Shown here piece after piece: positions 61,852-64,000 of a stretch of DNA of 64,000 bases. Origin of the DNA: a virus. Numbering within the stretch: the first letter of the stretch is position 1; every line of letters starts with the position of its first letter. The position numbers and the translations under genes are program-made. The notes under the pieces were generated by a model. The model did no database searches. It was not told where the DNA came from and saw only the letters and a list, made by a program, of their open reading frames with translations. The stretch spans positions 4,486 to 68,485 of the IMG/VR virus record IMGVR_UViG_3300036864_000176; one strand, written 5' to 3'.

Positions 61852-63356
61852 TAATCGTCCTCCCCACTCTCTTCTGGCAATCCTTCCGGCGGCTTCCAGC
61901 CGCGTGACTCCGCTAATTGATACTCGGCGGTGTGGTGTGGCGTCCGCTCGATGAACGCCCCGGCTGTCGGATCGCGCCACCCTTCACCTTCCTCGAAACA
62001 AAGCGGCAGGTACGGGCAGGGCTGCCCGTCGTACGGCCAGCAGTGCCACGACCGCGGCACGACCGTTTCGAGGAACCGGTGATAGTCCGGGTCGCCCCAG
62101 CCCTTGTTCCCATTCGCCAGTCGCCATTCATGCAGTCGCCAGAGCCGCTCCATCCAGAGCTGTTCGTTGGCGACGAGCGCACGGAGTCCCTTGTCGAGCT
62201 GATCCCGCTTCTTCGGGATGGGTCCGATCGCCGCGATGCAGCGTTCGATGTGGTGCGGGTAATTCTCGGCCCAGTACTTGACGATGTACTCCGAGCGGGA
62301 CATCTCGGGTGGCTTGTTCGGGAACGCTTCCTCTGGTGCTTCCCACAGACCAATGCGCTTGTACCGGCTGTCCCGACCGCGAGGAACGGAATGCCGGATG
62401 CCTTCACGGTCGATGTACGACGAGGCCGGGAGCCAGTCACCGATCGTCAACGGCGGGTTCGGCGCTTCCCAATACGCATAGCAAAGCGGTGACTGCTGCG
62501 TCTTCGGCTGACTGTCTTCGTACGGATAGTCACGCGATCGTCGCCCTTTGACGAGCCCGTCAATTCGACAGTGCGTGATCTCTACGCCGTGTCGTTTCTC
62601 CGCGCCGAGGATCCCGATGAGCAACTGAATCGAGGTTTCGAACTGATTGCTCCAGTTCCGCCATGCTGTCCCGGCGGTCTTGAGCTCCATGTACGCCCAC
62701 GCATGATCGATGCGCCGCTCGAGCAGGAGATCCGGTCGGGACTGCAGGCCGACGCCTGAACAGGTGCGGTCGGCGTGCTCCCTAAATCCCCCGATGCTGT
62801 CCCCGAGTCCGCACGTACACCCGACGACGTACTCCTGCTCTTCCTCAACCGCCACAACCAGATACTCAGCGAGGATCTGCGGTAGGCGGTAGCTCGCCCA
62901 CACCCAGACCAGCCCCTCGACCAACGCGGACTGTTCCTCAATCGTGCGTCGCATCTCGGCGGCGGCGTTCGGGTCTTCATCCGCAAGGTGTAGGAAGCCG
63001 CCTTTGTCGATGACTTCACGGTAGCGATCTGTCGCCATCGACGCGGCCCACCGAATGAGGTCGTCCGGCGCCCGGTCTGGCTGGATGCCGGTGCGCTGCC
63101 GGTACTCCATGAGCCACTCGGCGATCGCGGTGCAGCCGAGATGCGTGTACGTCCCGGTGGCGAGCGGAAGCGCCACGGCGCGGCGCACGATCCCGAGGTG
63201 GTACGGGCCAGAGTGATATTCCAGAAATCTGGCGAATTCACAATGCTGCTGCCCACGCTCCACCGCAGAGCGGGACGTCAGCCAGATGACTGACTGCGGG
63301 AGCGCATCAGGTTGTGGAGGGGGAGGGGCTTCGGTCGCTTCGGTCGCCATGGCCAC
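61851..63356 (-). CDS. PD-(D/E)xK exonuclease, Cas4/AddB-like with Cys cluster
   Basis: SRPDLLL...YMELKT...QL; N-terminal Cys plus C-terminal CWPY..PCPYLPLC. Confidence 0.8.
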   Translation of the reverse strand: MAMATEATEAPPPPQPDALPQSVIWLTSRSAVERGQQHCEFARFLEYHSGPYHLGIVRRAVALPLATGTYTHLGCTAIAEWLMEYRQRTGIQPDRAPDDLIRWAASMATDRYREVIDKGGFLHLADEDPNAAAEMRRTIEEQSALVEGLVWVWASYRLPQILAEYLVVAVEEEQEYVVGCTCGLGDSIGGFREHADRTCSGVGLQSRPDLLLERRIDHAWAYMELKTAGTAWRNWSNQFETSIQLLIGILGAEKRHGVEITHCRIDGLVKGRRSRDYPYEDSQPKTQQSPLCYAYWEAPNPPLTIGDWLPASSYIDREGIRHSVPRGRDSRYKRIGLWEAPEEAFPNKPPEMSRSEYIVKYWAENYPHHIERCIAAIGPIPKKRDQLDKGLRALVANEQLWMERLWRLHEWRLANGNKGWGDPDYHRFLETVVPRSWHCWPYDGQPCPYLPLCFEEGEGWRDPTAGAFIERTPHHTAEYQLAESRGWKPPEGLPEESGEDD

Positions 63357-63792
63357 CTTCTACTGCCGCTTGGCCGGGTTTGTCTATGGCTGCACGGGCG
63401 GCGTCAACCGCCCTGTCCATCGCGTCCATGGCCGCCTGCAGCTGCTGCTTCGTGTAGGCGACCCATTCCTTCGTCCGCTCGGCGCCGGCCGTGTCGTACA
63501 GGTCGAAGAACTCCTCGAGCGCCTGCTGAAACTCGCGGGCATCGTCCAGGTCTTTGACCGTGACCTTCCAGACCATCCCCCGCCAGCCGCGGTACGTGTT
63601 GGCAGTCGGATCGAAGAGCGAGATCGTCACCCGCATCCGGATCGGGCGCTCGGCGCGGCGGCAGCGGTCGGCGACGACCTGGAGCGAGCGCTCGGCGGTG
63701 TCGCTGTCGCGGTCTTCGATCAGGTCGTCGGGGACGTTGGGCATGGGTTCGTTCGGTTCGTTCGGCACCGGGTGTTCTCGAATCTCTTCCAC
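63307..63792 (-). CDS. Acidic hypothetical protein, first gene of the - strand operon
   Basis: Clean ORF downstream of promoter. Confidence 0.65.
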   Translation of the reverse strand: MEEIREHPVPNEPNEPMPNVPDDLIEDRDSDTAERSLQVVADRCRRAERPIRMRVTISLFDPTANTYRGWRGMVWKVTVKDLDDAREFQQALEEFFDLYDTAGAERTKEWVAYTKQQLQAAMDAMDRAVDAARAAIDKPGQAAVEGGHGDRSDRSPSPSTT

Positions 63793-63847
63793 CAGGAGGC
63801 TGCTCAGGGAACCAGGTTGAAGTGACTCCCCAGTGCCGAACGGAGGA

Positions 63848-63928
63848 CTTGTAGCGTACGCGCGGTGAGCGTGTCAACTTTGGAATTTCTTAGGGCAAAC
63901 GCGAAATTAAATCGAGTCGCTTTAATTT
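63848..63928 (-). promoter_or_regulatory. Promoter of replication operon with upstream inverted repeat
   Basis: TTGACA (63877-63872)-18-TACAAG; AAATTAAA-9-TTTAATTT at 63904-63928. Confidence 0.65.
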
Positions 63929-64000
63929 ATAAGAGGGACGTAAGTGGAGTAGGACGGTCCTATTGAGTCTGGTTGCAGTACGGCTGGAATGGTGGTCGAT

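Noticed and set aside
61851-63356. Cas4-like nuclease as a CRISPR-Cas component
   Set aside because: No array or other cas genes; sits in a typical nuclease-ATPase-SSB recombination module

Overview
The whole window is one high-GC tailed-phage genome segment, podovirus-like and truncated at both ends. No host genes, integrase, tRNA or CRISPR array were recognised. The + strand (about 1.5-47.3 kb) carries small accessory genes, then a packaging module. That module has a TerS-like gene and a large terminase split into separate ATPase and nuclease genes, the first apparently starting at ATT. Portal, scaffold, major capsid, decoration/tail proteins, three adaptor-like paralogs, a nozzle-like protein, a GNAT-like protein and ejection proteins (one of 2491 aa) follow. 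The - strand (63.8-47.3 kb) carries replication/recombination genes: PD-(D/E)xK nuclease, Sak4-like ATPase, SSB-like protein, Pif1-like helicase and a UDG-fused family A polymerase, plus a stand-alone ClpC N-domain and a cold-shock protein. Ten free-standing HNH endonuclease genes are present, four with a shared promoter/two-hairpin leader. The most unusual signals are a promoter-driven ~360-nt pseudoknotted RNA candidate (3788-4148), the split terminase, membrane/signal-type leaders on the capsid and other virion-module proteins, and an attenuator-like switch ahead of the head genes. All calls are by-eye motif and base-pairing recognition; no searches were run.
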